Source of the DNA: Auanema rhodensis
Lineage: Eukaryota > Animalia > Nematoda
Assembly: GCA_964057225.1 (NCBI GenBank)
Contig: OZ059898.1
Location: 9,548,001-9,612,000 of the forward strand
Reading direction: 5' to 3'
Length of the DNA: 64,000 nt
Positions 1 through 15,000 of this stretch are shown here, one piece after another; position 1 is the stretch's first letter, and each line of letters starts with the position of its first letter. Both the position numbers and the translations under genes were made by a program. Under the pieces are notes generated by a model. It did not search any database. It saw nothing but the letters and a program-made list of their open reading frames with translations, and was not told where the DNA came from.

Positions 1-3000
1 ACGATTAGAAGACGATTGTAAGTTTTGGAAAAGAATTAAAGTTTAGCTCTCTCTACTATTAACTGATTGTCGGCTAAATTATGGTAACAGTTTTTATTAA
101 AAGTTTCCATGATTATGATTAAACAAAGAGAAAAGAATCAAAGAGAAACACTTCTTGTTTACTTATTTGATTACAATACTTGAAATTCCGAAAACAGTAG
201 AATAAAATCAAGAAAGCGACAAAAACAGTTGAACGATTAGAAGACGATTGTAAGTTTTAGAAAATAATAAAAGTTTAGCTCTCTCTACTATTAACTGATT
301 GTCGGCTAAATTATGGTAACAGTTTTTATTAAAAGTTTCCATGATTATGATTAAACAAAGAAAAAAGAATCAAAGAGAAACACTTCTTGTTTATTTATTC
401 GATTATAATACTTGAAATTCCAAAAACAGTAGAATAAAATTGAGAAAGCGACATAAACAGTTGAACGATTAGAAGACGATTGTAAGTTTTGGAAAAGAAT
501 TAAAGTTTAGCTCTCTCTACTATTAACTGATTGTCGGCTAAATTATGGTAACAGTTTTTATTAAAAGTTTCCATGATTATGATTAAACAAAGAGAAAAGA
601 ATCAAAGAGAAACACTTCTTGTTTACTTATTTGATTATAATACTTGGAATTCCTAAAACAGTAGAATAAAATCAAGAAAGCGACAAAAACAGTTGAACGA
701 TTAGAAGACGATTGTAAGTTTTAGAAAATAATTAAAGTTTAGCTCTCTCTACTATTAACTGATTGTCGGCTAAATTATGGTAACAGTTTTTATTAAAAGT
801 TCCCATGATTATGATTAAACAAAGAAAAAAGAATCAAAGAGAAACACTTCTTGTTTATTTATTCGATTATAATACTTGAAATTCCAAAAACAGTAGAATA
901 AAATTGAGAAAGCGACATAAACAGTTGAACGATTAGAAGACGATTGTAAGTTTTAGAAAATAATTAAAGTTTAGCTCTCTCTACTATTAACTGATTGTCG
1001 GCTAAATTATGGTAACAGTTTTTATTAAAAGTTTCCATGATTATGATTAAACAAAGAGAAAAGAATCAAAGAGAAACACTTCTTGTTTACTTATTTGATT
1101 ATAATACTTGAAATTCCGAAAACAGTAGAATAAAATCAAGAAAGCGACAAAAACAGTTGAACGATTAGAAGACGATTGTAAGTTTTAGAAAATAATAAAA
1201 GTTTAGCTCTCTCTACTATTAACTGATTGTCGGCTAAATTATGGTAACAGTTTTTATTAAAAGTTTCCATGATTATGATTAAACAAAGAAAAATGAATCA
1301 AAAGAGTCTCTTCTTGTTTATTTATTTGATTATAATACTTGAAATTCCGAAAACAGTAGAATAAAATCAAGAAAGCGACAAAAACAGTTGAATGATTAGA
1401 AGACAATTGTAAGTATTAGAAAATAATTAAAGTTTAGCTCTCTCTACTATTAACTGGTTGTCGGCTAAAGTATGGTGACAGTTTTTATTAAAAGTTTCCA
1501 TGATTATGATTAAACAAAGAAAAAAGAATCAAAAGAGTCACTTCTTGTTTATTTATTTGATTATAATACTTGAAATTCCGAAAACAGTAGAATAAAATTG
1601 AGAAAGCGACAAAAACAGTTGAACGATTAGAAGACAATTGTAAGTTTTGGAAAAGAATTAAAGTTTAGCTCTCTCTACTATTAACTGATTGTCGGCTAAA
1701 TTATGGTAACAGTTTTTATTAAAAGTTTCCATGGTTATGATTAAACAAAGAAAAAAGAATCGAAAGAGTCACTTCTTGTTTATTTATTTGATTATAATAC
1801 TTGAAATTCCGAAAACAGTAGAATAAAATTGAGAAAGCGACAAAAACAGTTGATTTTTGAAGACAATTGTAAGTTTTAGAAAAGAAATAAAGTTTAGCTC
1901 TCTCGGTTATGATCTGATTGTCGGCTAAAGTATGGTAACAGTTTTTATTAAAAGTTTCCATGATTATGATTAAGCAAAGAAAAAAGAATCAAAAGAGTCA
2001 CTTCTTGTTTACTTATTTGAATATAATACTTGAAATTCCAAAAACAGTAGAATAAAATTGAGAAAGCGACATAAACAGTTGAACGATTTGAAGACAATTG
2101 TAAGTTTTAGAAAAGAAATAAAGTTTAGCTCTCTCGGTTATTATCTGATTGTCGGCTAAAGTATGGTAACAGTTTTTATTAAAAGTTTCCATGTTTATGA
2201 TTAAACAAAGAAAAAAAAATCAAAAGAGTCACTTCTTGTTTATTTATTTGATTATAATACTTGAAATTCCAAAAACAATAGAATAAAATCAAGAAAGCGA
2301 CAAAAACAGTTGAACGATTTGAAGACAATTGTAAGTTTTAGAAAAGAAATAAAGTTTAGCTCTCTCGGTTATTATCTGATTGTCGGCTAAATTATGGTAA
2401 CAGTTTTTATTAAAAGTTTCCATGATTATGATTAAAAAAAGAAAAAAGAATCAAAACAGTCTCTTTTTGTTTATTTATTTGATTATAATACTTGAAATTC
2501 CAAAAACAGTAGAATAAAATTGAGAAAGCGACAAAAACAGTTGAACGATTTGAAGACAATTGTAAGTTTTAGAAAAGAAATAAAGTTTAGCTCTCTCGGT
2601 TATTATCTGATTGTCGGCTAAAGTATGGTAACAGTTTTTATTAAAAGTTTCCATGATTATGATTAAGCAAAGAAAAAAGAATCAAAAGAGTCACTTCTTG
2701 TTTACTTATTTGAATATAATACTTGAAATTCCAAAAACAGTAGAATAAAATTGAGAAAGCGACATAAACAGTTGAACGATTTGAAGACAATTGTAAGTTT
2801 TAGAAAAGAAATAAAGTTTAGCTCTCTCGGTTATTATCTGATTGTCGGCTAAAGTATGGTAACAGTTTCTATTAAAAGTTTAAATGATTATGATTAAACA
2901 AAGAAAAAAGATTCAAAGAGAAACAATTCTTGTTTATTTATTTGATTATAATACTTGAAATTTCAAAAACAGTAGGATAAAATAAGAAAGCGACAAAAAC

Positions 3001-6000
3001 AGTTGAATGAATTGAAGACAATTGTAAGTTTTAGAAAATAATTAAAGTTTAGCTCTCTCTACTATTAACTGATTGTCGGCTAAATTATGGTAACAGTTTT
3101 TATTAAAAGTTTCCATGATTATGATTAAACAAAGAAAAAAGAATCAAAGAGAAACACTTCTTGTTTATTTATTTGATTATAATACTTGAAATTCCAAAAA
3201 CAGTAGAATAAAATTGAGAAAGCGACAAAAACAGTTGAACGATTAGAAGACAATTGTAAGTTTTAGAAAAGAAATAAAGTTTAGCTCTCTCGGTTATTAT
3301 CTGATTGTCGGCTAAAGTATGGTAACAGTTTTTATTAAAAGTTTCCATGATTATGATTAAGCAAAGAAAAAAGAATCAAAAGAGTCACTTCTTGTTTACT
3401 TATTTGAATATAATACTTGAAATTCCAAAAACAGTAGAATAAAATTGAGAAAGCGACATAAACAGTTGAACGATTTGAAGACAATTGTAAGTTTTAGAAA
3501 AGAAATAAAGTTTAGCTCTCTCGGTTATTATCTGATTGTCGGCTAAAGTATGGTAACAGTTTTTATTAAAAGTTTAAATGATTATGATTAAACAAAGAAA
3601 AAAGATTCAAAGAGAAACAATTCTTGTTTATTTATTTGATTATAATACTTGAAATTCCGAAAACAGTAGAATAAAATCGAGAAAGCGACATAAACAGTTG
3701 AACGATTACAACACGATTGTAAGTTTTAGAAAATAATTAAAGTTTAGCTCTCTCTACTATTAACTGATTGTCGGCTAAATTATGGTAACAGTTTTTATTA
3801 AAAGTTTCCATGATTATGATTAAACAAAGAGAAAAGAATCAAAGAGAAACACTTCTTGTTTACTTATTTGATTATAATACTTGAAATTCCGAAAACAGTA
3901 GAATAAAATCAAGAAAGCGACAAAAACAGTTGAACGATTAGAAGACGATTGTAAGTTTTAGAAAATAATAAAAGTTTAGCTCTCTCTACTATTAACTGAT
4001 TGTCGGCTAAATTATGGTAACAGTTTTTATTAAAAGTTTCCATGATTATGATTAAACAAAAAAAGAAGAATCAAAAGAGTCTCTTCTTGTTTATTTATTT
4101 GATTATAATACTTGAAATTCCGAAAACAGTAGAATAAAATCAAGAAAGCGACAAAAACAGTTGAATGATTAGAAGACGATTGTAAGTTTTAGAAAATAAT
4201 AAAAGTTTAGCTCTCTCTACTATTAACTGATTGTCGGCTAAATTATGGTAACAGTTTTTATTAAAAGTTTCCATGATTATGATTTAACAAAGAAAAAAGA
4301 ATCAAAAGAGTCTCTTCTTGTTTATTTATTTGATTATAATACTTGAAATTCCGAAAACAGTAGAATAAAATTGAGAAAGCGACAAAAACAGTTGAACGAT
4401 TAGAAGACAATTGTAAGTTTTGGAAAAGAATTAAAGTTTAGCTCTCTCTACTATTAACTGATTGTCGGCTAAATTATGGTAACAGTTTTTATTAAAAGTT
4501 TCCATGATTATGATTAAACAAAGAAAAAAGAATAAAAAGAGTCACTTCTTGTTTATTTATTTGATTATAATACTTGAAATTCCGAAAACAGTAGAATAAA
4601 ATTGAGAAAGCGACAAAAACAGTTGAACGATTAGAAGACAATTGTAAGTTTCGGAAAAGAATTAAAGTTTGGCTCTCTCTACTATTAACTGATTGTCGGC
4701 TAAATTATGGTAACAGTTTTTATTAAAAGTTTCCATGGTTATGATTAAACAAAGAAAAAAGAATCAAAGAGAAACACTTCTTGTTTATTTATTTGATTAT
4801 AATACTTGAAATTCCAAAAACAGTAGAATAAAATTGAGAAAGCGACATAAACAGTTGAACGATTAGAAGACGATTGTAAGTTTTAGAAAAGAAATAAAGT
4901 TTAGCTCTCTCGGTTATTATCTGATTGTCGGCTAAAGTATGGTAACAGTTTTTATTAAAAGTTTCCATGATTATGATTAAACAAAGAAAAAAGAATCAAA
5001 GAGAAACACTTCTTGTTTATTTATTTGATTATAATACTTGAAATTCCAAAAACAGTAGAATAAAATCGAGAAAGCGACATAAACAGTTGAACGATTACAA
5101 CACGATTGTAAGTTTTAGAAAATAATTAAAGTTTAGCTCTCTCTACTATTAACTGATTGTCGGCTAAATTATGGTAACAGTTTTTATTAAAAGTTCCCAT
5201 GATTATGATTAAACAAAGAAAAAAGAATCAAAGAGAAACACTTCTTGTTTATTTATTCGATTATAATACTTGAAATTCCAAAAACAGTAGAATAAAATTG
5301 AGAAAGCGACATAAACAGTTGAACGATTAGAAGACGATTGTAAGTTTTGGAAAAGAATTAAAGTTTAGCTCTCTCTACTATTAACTGATTGTCGGCTAAA
5401 TTATGGTAACAGTTTTTATTAAAAGTTTCCATGATTATGATTAAACAAAGAGAAAAGAATCAAAGAGAAACACTTCTTGTTTACTTATTTGATTACAATA
5501 CTTGAAATTCCGAAAACAGTAGAATAAAATTGAGAAAGCGACAAAAACAGTTGAACGATTAGAAGACAATTGTAAGTTTTGGAAAAGAATTAAAGTTTAG
5601 CTCTCTCTACTATTAACTGATTGTCGGCTAAATTATGGTAACAGTTTTTATTAAAAGTTTCCATGATTATGATTAAACAAAGAAAAAAGAATAAAAAGAG
5701 TCACTTCTTGTTTATTTATTTGATTATAATACTTGAAATTCCGAAAACAGTAGAATAAAATTGAGAAAGCGACAAAAACAGTTGAACGATTAGAAGACAA
5801 TTGTAAGTTTCGGAAAAGAATTAAAGTTTGGCTCTCTCTACTATTAACTGATTGTCGGCTAAATTATGGTAACAGTTTTTATTAAAAGTTTCCATGGTTA
5901 TGATTAAACAAAGAAAAAAGAATCAAAGAGAAACACTTCTTGTTTACTTATTTGATTATAATACTTGAAATTCCGAAAACAGTAGAATAAAATCAAGAAA

Positions 6001-9000
6001 GCGACAAAAACAGTTGACGATTAGAAGACGATTGTAAGTTTTAGAAAATAATTAAAGTTTAGCTCTCTCTACTATTAACTGATTGTCGGCTAAATTATGG
6101 TAACAGTTTTTATTAAAAGTTTCCATGATTATGATTAAACAAAGAGAAAAGAATCAAAGAGAAACACTTCTTGTTTACTTATTTGATTATAATACTTGAA
6201 ATTCCGAAAACAGTAGAATAAAATCAAGAAAGCGACAAAAACAGTTGAACGATTAGAAGACGATTGTAAGTTTTAGAAAATAATAAAAGTTTAGCTCTCT
6301 CTACTATTAACTGATTGTCGGCTAAATTATGGTAACAGTTTTTATTAAAAGTTTCCATGATTATGATTAAACAAAGAGAAAAGAATCAAAGAGAAACACT
6401 TCTTGTTTACTTATTTGATTATAATACTTGAAATTCCGAAAACAGTAGAATAAAATCAAGAAAGCGACAAAAACAGTTGACGATTAGAAGACGATTGTAA
6501 GTTATAGAAAATAATTAAAGTTTAGCTCTCTCTACTATTAACTGATTGTCGGCTAAATTATGGTAACAGTTTTTATTAAAAGTTTCCATGATTATGATTA
6601 AACAAAGAAAAAAGAATCAAAGAGAAACACTTCTTGTTTATTCATTTGATTATAATACTTGAAATTCCAAAAACAGTAGAATAAAATTGAGAAAGCGACA
6701 TAAACAGTTGAACGATTAGAAGACGATTGTAAGTTTTAGAAAATAATTAAAGTTTAGCTTTCTCTACTATTAACTGATTGTCGGCTAAATTATGGTAACA
6801 GTTTTTATTAAAAGTTTCCATGATTATGATTAAACAAAGAGAAAAGAATCAAAGAGAAACACTTCTTGTTTACTTATTTGATTATGATACTTGAAATTCC
6901 GAAAACAGTAGAATAAAATTGAGAAAGCGACAAAAACAGTTGAACGATTAGAAGACGATTGTAAGTTTTAGAAAATAATAAAAGTTTAGCTCTCTCTACT
7001 ATTAACTGATTGTCGGCTAAATTATGGTAACAGTTTTTATTAAAAGTTTCCATGATTATGATTAAACAAAAAAAGAAGAATCAAAAGAGTCTCTTCTTGT
7101 TTATTTATTTGATTATAATACTTGAAATTCCGAAAACAGTAGAATAAAATCGAGAAAGCGACATAAACAGTTGAACGATTACAACACGATTGTAAGTTTT
7201 AGAAAATAATTAAAGTTTAGCTCTCTCTACTATTAACTGATTGTCGGCTAAATTATGGTAACAGTTTTTATTAAAAGTTTCCATGATTATGATTAAACAA
7301 AGAGAAAAGAATCAAAGAGAAACACTTCTTGTTTACTTATTTGATTATAATACTTGAAATTCCGAAAACAGTAGAATAAAATCAAGAAAGCGACAAAAAC
7401 AGTTTAACGATTAGAAGACGATTGTAAGTTTTAGAAAATAATAAAAGTTTAGCTCTCTCTACTATTAACTGATTGTCGGCTAAATTATGGTAACAGTTTT
7501 TATTAAAAGTTTCCATGATTATGATTAAACAAAAAAAGAAGAATCAAAAGAGTCTCTTCTTGTTTATTTATTTGATTATAATACTTGAAATTCCGAAAAC
7601 AGTAGAATAAAATCAAGAAAGCGACAAAAACAGTTGAATGATTAGAAGACGATTGTAAGTTTTAGAAAATAATAAAAGTTTAGCTCTCTCTACTATTAAC
7701 TGATTGTCGGCTAAATTATGGTAACAGTTTTTATTAAAAGTTTCCATGATTATGATTTAACAAAGAAAAAAGAATCAAAAGAGTCTCTTCTTGTTTATTT
7801 ATTTGATTATAATACTTGAAATTCCGAAAACAGTAGAATAAAATTGAGAAAGCGACAAAAACAGTTGAACGATTAGAAGACAATTGTAAGTTTTGGAAAA
7901 GAATTAAAGTTTAGCTCTCTCTACTATTAACTGATTGTCGGCTAAATTATGGTAACAGTTTTTATTAAAAGTTTCCATGATTATGATTAAACAAAGAAAA
8001 AAGAATAAAAAGAGTCACTTCTTGTTTATTTATTTGATTATAATACTTGAAATTCCGAAAACAGTAGAATAAAATTGAGAAAGCGACAAAAACAGTTGAA
8101 CGATTAGAAGACAATTGTAAGTTTCGGAAAAGAATTAAAGTTTGGCTCTCTCTACTATTAACTGATTGTCGGCTAAATTATGGTAACAGTTTTTATTAAA
8201 AGTTTCCATGGTTATGATTAAACAAAGAAAAAAGAATCAAAGAGAAACACTTCTTGTTTATTTATTTGATTATAATACTTGAAATTCCAAAAACAGTAGA
8301 ATAAAATTGAGAAAGCGACATAAACAGTTGAACGATTAGAAGACGATTGTAAGTTTTAGAAAAGAAATAAAGTTTAGCTCTCTCGGTTATTATCTGATTG
8401 TCGGCTAAAGTATGGTAACAGTTTTTATTAAAAGTTTCCATGATTATGATTAAACAAAGAGAAAAGAATCAAAGAGAAACACTTCTTGTTTACTTATTTG
8501 ATTATAATACTTGAAATTCCGAAAACAGTAGAATAAAATCAAGAAAGCGACAAAAACAGTTGAACGATTAGAAGACGATTGTAAGTTTTAGAAAATAATA
8601 AAAGTTTAGCTCTCTCTACTATTAACTGATTGTCGGCTAAATTATGGTAACAGTTTTTATTAAAAGTTTCCATGATTATGATTAAACAAAGAGAAAAGAA
8701 TCAAAGAGAAACACTTCTTGTTTACTTATTTGATTATAATACTTGAAATTCCGAAAACAGTAGAATAAAATCAAGAAAGCGACAAAAACAGTTGACGATT
8801 AGAAGACGATTGTAAGTTATAGAAAATAATTAAAGTTTAGCTCTCTCTACTATTAACTGATTGTCGGCTAAATTATGGTAACAGTTTTTATTAAAAGTTT
8901 CCATGATTATGATTAAACAAAGAAAAAAGAATCAAAGAGAAACACTTCTTGTTTATTCATTTGATTATAATACTTGAAATTCCAAAAACAGTAGAATAAA

Positions 9001-12000
9001 ATTGAGAAAGCGACATAAACAGTTGAACGATTAGAAGACGATTGTAAGTTTTAGAAAATAATTAAAGTTTAGCTTTCTCTACTATTAACTGATTGTCGGC
9101 TAAATTATGGTAACAGTTTTTATTAAAAGTTTCCATGATTATGATTAAACAAAGAGAAAAGAATCAAAGAGAAACACTTCTTGTTTACTTATTTGATTAT
9201 AATACTTGAAATTCCGAAAACAGTAGAATAAAATTGAGAAAGCGACAAAAACAGTTGAACGATTAGAAGACGATTGTAAGTTTTAGAAAATAATAAAAGT
9301 TTAGCTCTCTCTACTATTAACTGATTGTCGGCTAAATTATGGTAACAGTTTTTATTAAAAGTTTCCATGATTATGATTAAACAAAAAAAGAAGAATCAAA
9401 AGAGTCTCTTCTTGTTTATTTATTTGATTATAATACTTGAAATTCCGAAAACAGTAGAATAAAATCGAGAAAGCGACATAAACAGTTGAACGATTACAAC
9501 ACGATTGTAAGTTTTAGAAAATAATTAAAGTTTAGCTCTCTCTACTATTAACTGATTGTCGGCTAAATTATGGTAACAGTTTTTATTAAAAGTTTCCATG
9601 ATTATGATTAAACAAAGAGAAAAGAATCAAAGAGAAACACTTCTTGTTTACTTATTTGATTATAATACTTGAAATTCCGAAAACAGTAGAATAAAATCAA
9701 GAAAGCGACAAAAACAGTTTAACGATTAGAAGACGATTGTAAGTTTTAGAAAATAATAAAAGTTTAGCTCTCTCTACTATTAACTGATTGTCGGCTAAAT
9801 TATGGTAACAGTTTTTATTAAAAGTTTCCATGATTATGATTAAACAAAAAAAGAAGAATCAAAAGAGTCTCTTCTTGTTTATTTATTTGATTATAATACT
9901 TGAAATTCCGAAAACAGTAGAATAAAATCAAGAAAGCGACAAAAACAGTTGAATGATTAGAAGACGATTGTAAGTTTTAGAAAATAATAAAAGTTTAGCT
10001 CTCTCTACTATTAACTGATTGTCGGCTAAATTATGGTAACAGTTTTTATTAAAAGTTTCCATGATTATGATTTAACAAAGAAAAAAGAATCAAAAGAGTC
10101 TCTTCTTGTTTATTTATTTGATTATAATACTTGAAATTCCGAAAACAGTAGAATAAAATTGAGAAAGCGACAAAAACAGTTGAACGATTAGAAGACAATT
10201 GTAAGTTTTGGAAAAGAATTAAAGTTTAGCTCTCTCTACTATTAACTGATTGTCGGCTAAATTATGGTAACAGTTTTTATTAAAAGTTTCCATGATTATG
10301 ATTAAACAAAGAAAAAAGAATAAAAAGAGTCACTTCTTGTTTATTTATTTGATTATAATACTTGAAATTCCGAAAACAGTAGAATAAAATTGAGAAAGCG
10401 ACAAAAACAGTTGAACGATTAGAAGACAATTGTAAGTTTCGGAAAAGAATTAAAGTTTGGCTCTCTCTACTATTAACTGATTGTCGGCTAAATTATGGTA
10501 ACAGTTTTTATTAAAAGTTTCCATGGTTATGATTAAACAAAGAAAAAAGAATCAAAGAGAAACACTTCTTGTTTATTTATTTGATTATAATACTTGAAAT
10601 TCCAAAAACAGTAGAATAAAATTGAGAAAGCGACATAAACAGTTGAACGATTAGAAGACGATTGTAAGTTTTAGAAAAGAAATAAAGTTTAGCTCTCTCG
10701 GTTATTATCTGATTGTCGGCTAAAGTATGGTAACAGTTTTTATTAAAAGTTTCCATGATTATGATTAAACAAAGAAAAAAGAATCAAAGAGAAACACTTC
10801 TTGTTTATTTATTTGATTATAATACTTGAAATTCCAAAAACAGTAGAATAAAATCGAGAAAGCGACATAAACAGTTGAACGATTACAACACGATTGTAAG
10901 TTTTAGAAAATAATTAAAGTTTAGCTCTCTCTACTATTAACTGATTGTCGGCTAAATTATGGTAACAGTTTTTATTAAAAGTTCCCATGATTATGATTAA
11001 ACAAAGAAAAAAGAATCAAAGAGAAACACTTCTTGTTTATTTATTCGATTATAATACTTGAAATTCCAAAAACAGTAGAATAAAATTGAGAAAGCGACAT
11101 AAACAGTTGAACGATTAGAAGACGATTGTAAGTTTTGGAAAAGAATTAAAGTTTAGCTCTCTCTACTATTAACTGATTGTCGGCTAAATTATGGTAACAG
11201 TTTTTATTAAAAGTTTCCATGATTATGATTAAACAAAGAGAAAAGAATCAAAGAGAAACACTTCTTGTTTACTTATTTGATTACAATACTTGAAATTCCG
11301 AAAACAGTAGAATAAAATTGAGAAAGCGACAAAAACAGTTGAACGATTAGAAGACAATTGTAAGTTTTGGAAAAGAATTAAAGTTTAGCTCTCTCTACTA
11401 TTAACTGATTGTCGGCTAAATTATGGTAACAGTTTTTATTAAAAGTTTCCATGATTATGATTAAACAAAGAAAAAAGAATAAAAAGAGTCACTTCTTGTT
11501 TATTTATTTGATTATAATACTTGAAATTCCGAAAACAGTAGAATAAAATTGAGAAAGCGACAAAAACAGTTGAACGATTAGAAGACAATTGTAAGTTTCG
11601 GAAAAGAATTAAAGTTTGGCTCTCTCTACTATTAACTGATTGTCGGCTAAATTATGGTAACAGTTTTTATTAAAAGTTTCCATGGTTATGATTAAACAAA
11701 GAAAAAAGAATCAAAGAGAAACACTTCTTGTTTATTTATTTGATTATAATACTTGAAATTCCAAAAACAGTAGAATAAAATTGAGAAAGCGACATAAACA
11801 GTTGAACGATTAGAAGACGATTGTAAGTTTTAGAAAAGAAATAAAGTTTAGCTCTCTCGGTTATTATCTGATTGTCGGCTAAAGTATGGTAACAGTTTTT
11901 ATTAAAAGTTTCCATGATTATGATTAAACAAAGAAAAAAGAATCAAAGAGAAACACTTCTTGTTTATTTATTTGATTATAATACTTGAAATTCCAAAAAC

Positions 12001-15000
12001 AGTAGAATAAAATCGAGAAAGCGACATAAACAGTTGAACGATTACAACACGATTGTAAGTTTTAGAAAATAATTAAAGTTTAGCTCTCTCTACTATTAAC
12101 TGATTGTCGGCTAAATTATGGTAACAGTTTTTATTAAAAGTTCCCATGATTATGATTAAACAAAGAAAAAAGAATCAAAGAGAAACACTTCTTGTTTATT
12201 TATTCGATTATAATACTTGAAATTCCAAAAACAGTAGAATAAAATTGAGAAAGCGACATAAACAGTTGAACGATTAGAAGACGATTGTAAGTTTTGGAAA
12301 AGAATTAAAGTTTAGCTCTCTCTACTATTAACTGATTGTCGGCTAAATTATGGTAACAGTTTTTATTAAAAGTTTCCATGATTATGATTAAACAAAGAGA
12401 AAAGAATCAAAGAGAAACACTTCTTGTTTACTTATTTGATTACAATACTTGAAATTCCGAAAACAGTAGAATAAAATCAAGAAAGCGACAAAAACAGTTG
12501 AACGATTAGAAGACGATTGTAAGTTTTAGAAAATAATAAAAGTTTAGCTCTCTCTACTATTAACTGATTGTCGGCTAAATTATGGTAACAGTTTTTATTA
12601 AAAGTTTCCATGATTATGATTAAACAAAGAAAAATGAATCAAAAGAGTCTCTTCTTGTTTATTTATTTGATTATAATACTTGAAATTCCGAAAACAGTAG
12701 AATAAAATCAAGAAAGCGACAAAAACAGTTGAATGATTAGAAGACAATTGTAAGTATTAGAAAATAATTAAAGTTTAGCTCTCTCTACTATTAACTGGTT
12801 GTCGGCTAAAGTATGGTGACAGTTTTTATTAAAAGTTTCCATGATTATGATTAAACAAAGAAAAAAGAATCAAAAGAGTCACTTCTTGTTTATTTATTTG
12901 ATTATAATACTTGAAATTCCGAAAACAGTAGAATAAAATTGAGAAAGCGACAAAAACAGTTGAACGATTAGAAGACAATTGTAAGTTTTGGAAAAGAATT
13001 AAAGTTTAGCTCTCTCTACTATTAACTGATTGTCGGCTAAATTATGGTAACAGTTTTTATTAAAAGTTTCCATGGTTATGATTAAACAAAGAAAAAAGAA
13101 TCGAAAGAGTCACTTCTTGTTTATTTATTTGATTATAATACTTGAAATTCCGAAAACAGTAGAATAAAATTGAGAAAGCGACAAAAACAGTTGATTTTTG
13201 AAGACAATTGTAAGTTTTAGAAAAGAAATAAAGTTTAGCTCTCTCGGTTATGATCTGATTGTCGGCTAAAGTATGGTAACAGTTTTTATTAAAAGTTTCC
13301 ATGATTATGATTAAGCAAAGAAAAAAGAATCAAAAGAGTCACTTCTTGTTTACTTATTTGAATATAATACTTGAAATTCCAAAAACAGTAGAATAAAATC
13401 AAGAAAGCGACAAAAACAGTTGAACGATTAGAAGACGATTGTAAGTTTTAGAAAATAATAAAAGTTTAGCTCTCTCTACTATTAACTGATTGTCGGCTAA
13501 AGTATGGTAACAGTTTTTATTAAAAGTTTCCATGTTTATGATTAAACAAAGAAAAAAAAATCAAAAGAGTCACTTCTTGTTTATTTATTTGATTATAATA
13601 CTTGAAATTCCGAAAACAGTAGAATAAAATCAAGAAAGCGACAAAAACAGTTGAACGATTTGAAGACAATTGTAAGTTTTAGAAAAGAAATAAAGTTTAG
13701 CTCTCTCGGTTATTATCTGATTGTCGGCTAAATTATGGTAACAGTTTTTATTAAAAGTTTCCATGATTATGATTAAACAAAGAAAAAAGAATCAAAAGAG
13801 TCACTTCTTGTTTATTTATTTGATTATAATACTTGAAATTCCGAAAACAGTAGAATAAAATTGAGAAAGCGACAAAAACAGTTGAACGATTAGAAGACAA
13901 TTGTAAGTTTTGGAAAAGAAATAAAGTTTAGCTCTCTCGGTTATTATCTGATTGTCGGCTAAAGTATGGTAACAGTTTTTATTAAAAGTTTCCATGATTA
14001 TGATTAAGCAAAGAAAAAAGAATCAAAAGAGTCACTTCTTGTTTACTTATTTGAATATAATACTTGAAATTCCAAAAACAGTAGAATAAAATTGAGAAAG
14101 CGACATAAACAGTTGAACGATTTGAAGACAATTGTAAGTTTTAGAAAAGAAATAAAGTTTAGCTCTCTCGGTTATTATCTGATTGTCGGCTAAAGTATGG
14201 TAACAGTTTTTATTAAAAGTTTAAATGATTATGATTAAACAAAGAAAAAAGATTCAAAGAGAAACAATTCTTGTTTATTTATTTGATTATAATACTTGAA
14301 ATTTCAAAAACAGTAGGATAAAATAAGAAAGCGACAAAAACAGTTGAATGAATTGAAGACAATTGTAAGTTTTAGAAAAGAAATAAAGTTTAGCTCTCTC
14401 GGTTATTATCTGATTGTCGGCTAAATTATGGTAACAGTTTTTATTAAAAGTTTCCATGATTATGATTAAACAAAGAAAAATGATTCAAAGAGAAACAATT
14501 TTTGTTTATTTATTTGATTATAATACTTGAAATTTCAAAAACAGTAGAATAAAATGAGAAAGCGACAAAAACAGTTGAACGATTTGAAGACAATTGTAAG
14601 TTTTAGAAAAGAAATAAAGTTTAGCTCTCTCGGTTATTATCTGATTGTCGGCTAAATTATGGTAACAGTTTTTATTAAAAGTTTCCATGATTATGATTAA
14701 AAAAAGAAAAAAGAATCAAAACAGTCTCTTTTTGTTTATTTATTTGATTATAATACTTGAAATTCCAAAAACAGTAGAATAAAATTGAGAAAGCGACAAA
14801 AACAGTTGAACGATTTGAAGACAATTGTAAGTTTTAGAAAAGAAATAAAGTTTAGCTCTCTCGGTTATTATCTGATTGTCGGCTAAAGTATGGTAACAGT
14901 TTTTATTAAAAGTTTCCATGATTATGATTAAGCAAAGAAAAAAGAATCAAAAGAGTCACTTCTTGTTTACTTATTTGAATATAATACTTGAAATTCCAAA

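Noticed and set aside
18-28. GTAAGTTT splice-donor-like motif in every monomer
   Set aside because: No exon-like ORF context; expected by chance in AT-rich DNA and multiplied by repetition.
1-232. SL1 RNA, 5S rRNA, tRNA or piRNA (CTGTTTCA) gene cluster as the repeat unit
   Set aside because: No GGTTTAATTACCCAAGTTTGAG, no Pol III A/B boxes or recognisable 5S sequence. Only CTGTTTT/CTGTTTA occur, not the Ruby motif.
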